Shown here piece by piece: positions 63,757 through 64,000 of a stretch of DNA of 64,000 bases (positions are counted from its first letter, which is position 1; the number at the start of each line of letters is the position of its first letter). This DNA comes from Ramazzottius varieornatus (lineage: Eukaryota; Animalia; Tardigrada). The notes under the pieces were generated by a model. The model was given only the letters and a program-made list of their open reading frames with translations, searched no databases and had not been told where the DNA came from. Location: assembly GCA_001949185.1 (NCBI GenBank), contig BDGG01000003.1, positions 4,895,092 to 4,959,091 of the forward strand, read 5' to 3'. A program made the position numbers and the translations under genes.

Positions 63757-64000
63757 CTTTGCTCATCCTCCGCTGGAAAGGGAACTAGCCAACGGTCTGG
63801 GGATGGAATGACACTGAAGATTGAGAAGGTAACTTGGCGCGACTCGTGAAGAGAGTTGGCACTCGAGATGCTGACATGGCTATCAGCCGCAGTATCACCT
63901 TCAAGCAGCTGCGCACTCGTAAAGCAATAGCCAAGTGGATTACGTGAGGATAAACACTTCAAATTGGAAGTCCCACGCGTACACTAAGGTGTGATAGGTC

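Noticed and set aside
1-64000. Prokaryotic operon or defence-system interpretation; tRNA/rRNA genes
   Set aside because: Spliceosomal introns and metazoan genes occur throughout, and I recognised no structured RNA gene by eye (tRNAscan/Infernal not run).

Overview
Eukaryotic (animal) DNA from a compact, gene-dense genome with many short GT-AG introns. A tardigrade-like ecdysozoan is my inference from compactness and gene content, not something the sequence proves. Splice models were assembled by eye. Genes: a TM-less tandem-C2 synaptotagmin-like gene (-), a chitin-binding CBM14 protein (+), DNAL4 (+), an unknown multi-TM protein (+), an SLC26/STAS transporter (-), a Dpr-like Ig protein (+), a four-member array of secreted Cys/Tyr-rich three-repeat proteins with 11- and 22-nt micro-exons (one pseudogene; two share a 518-bp apparently identical tract), a divergent IFT46 (-), TYW3 (-) head-to-head with intronless TRPT1 (+), TESK/cdi kinase (-), two tandem MIF paralogues not recovered as whole ORFs (-), and RhoBTB (-). 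Mobile DNA: a pogo-type element with TA TSD, a related MITE, two hAT-type MITEs with perfect 8-bp TSDs, two other TIR elements and a perfect 8x39-bp array. Most notable: (1) a family of ~80-bp hairpins (CAAGTGGCGCAC-N~22-24-GTGCGCCACTTG) at about 26 loci as 1-3-mers, mostly inside introns; (2) an 89-nt intron that looks newly born from a 25-bp exon duplication plus AT filler.
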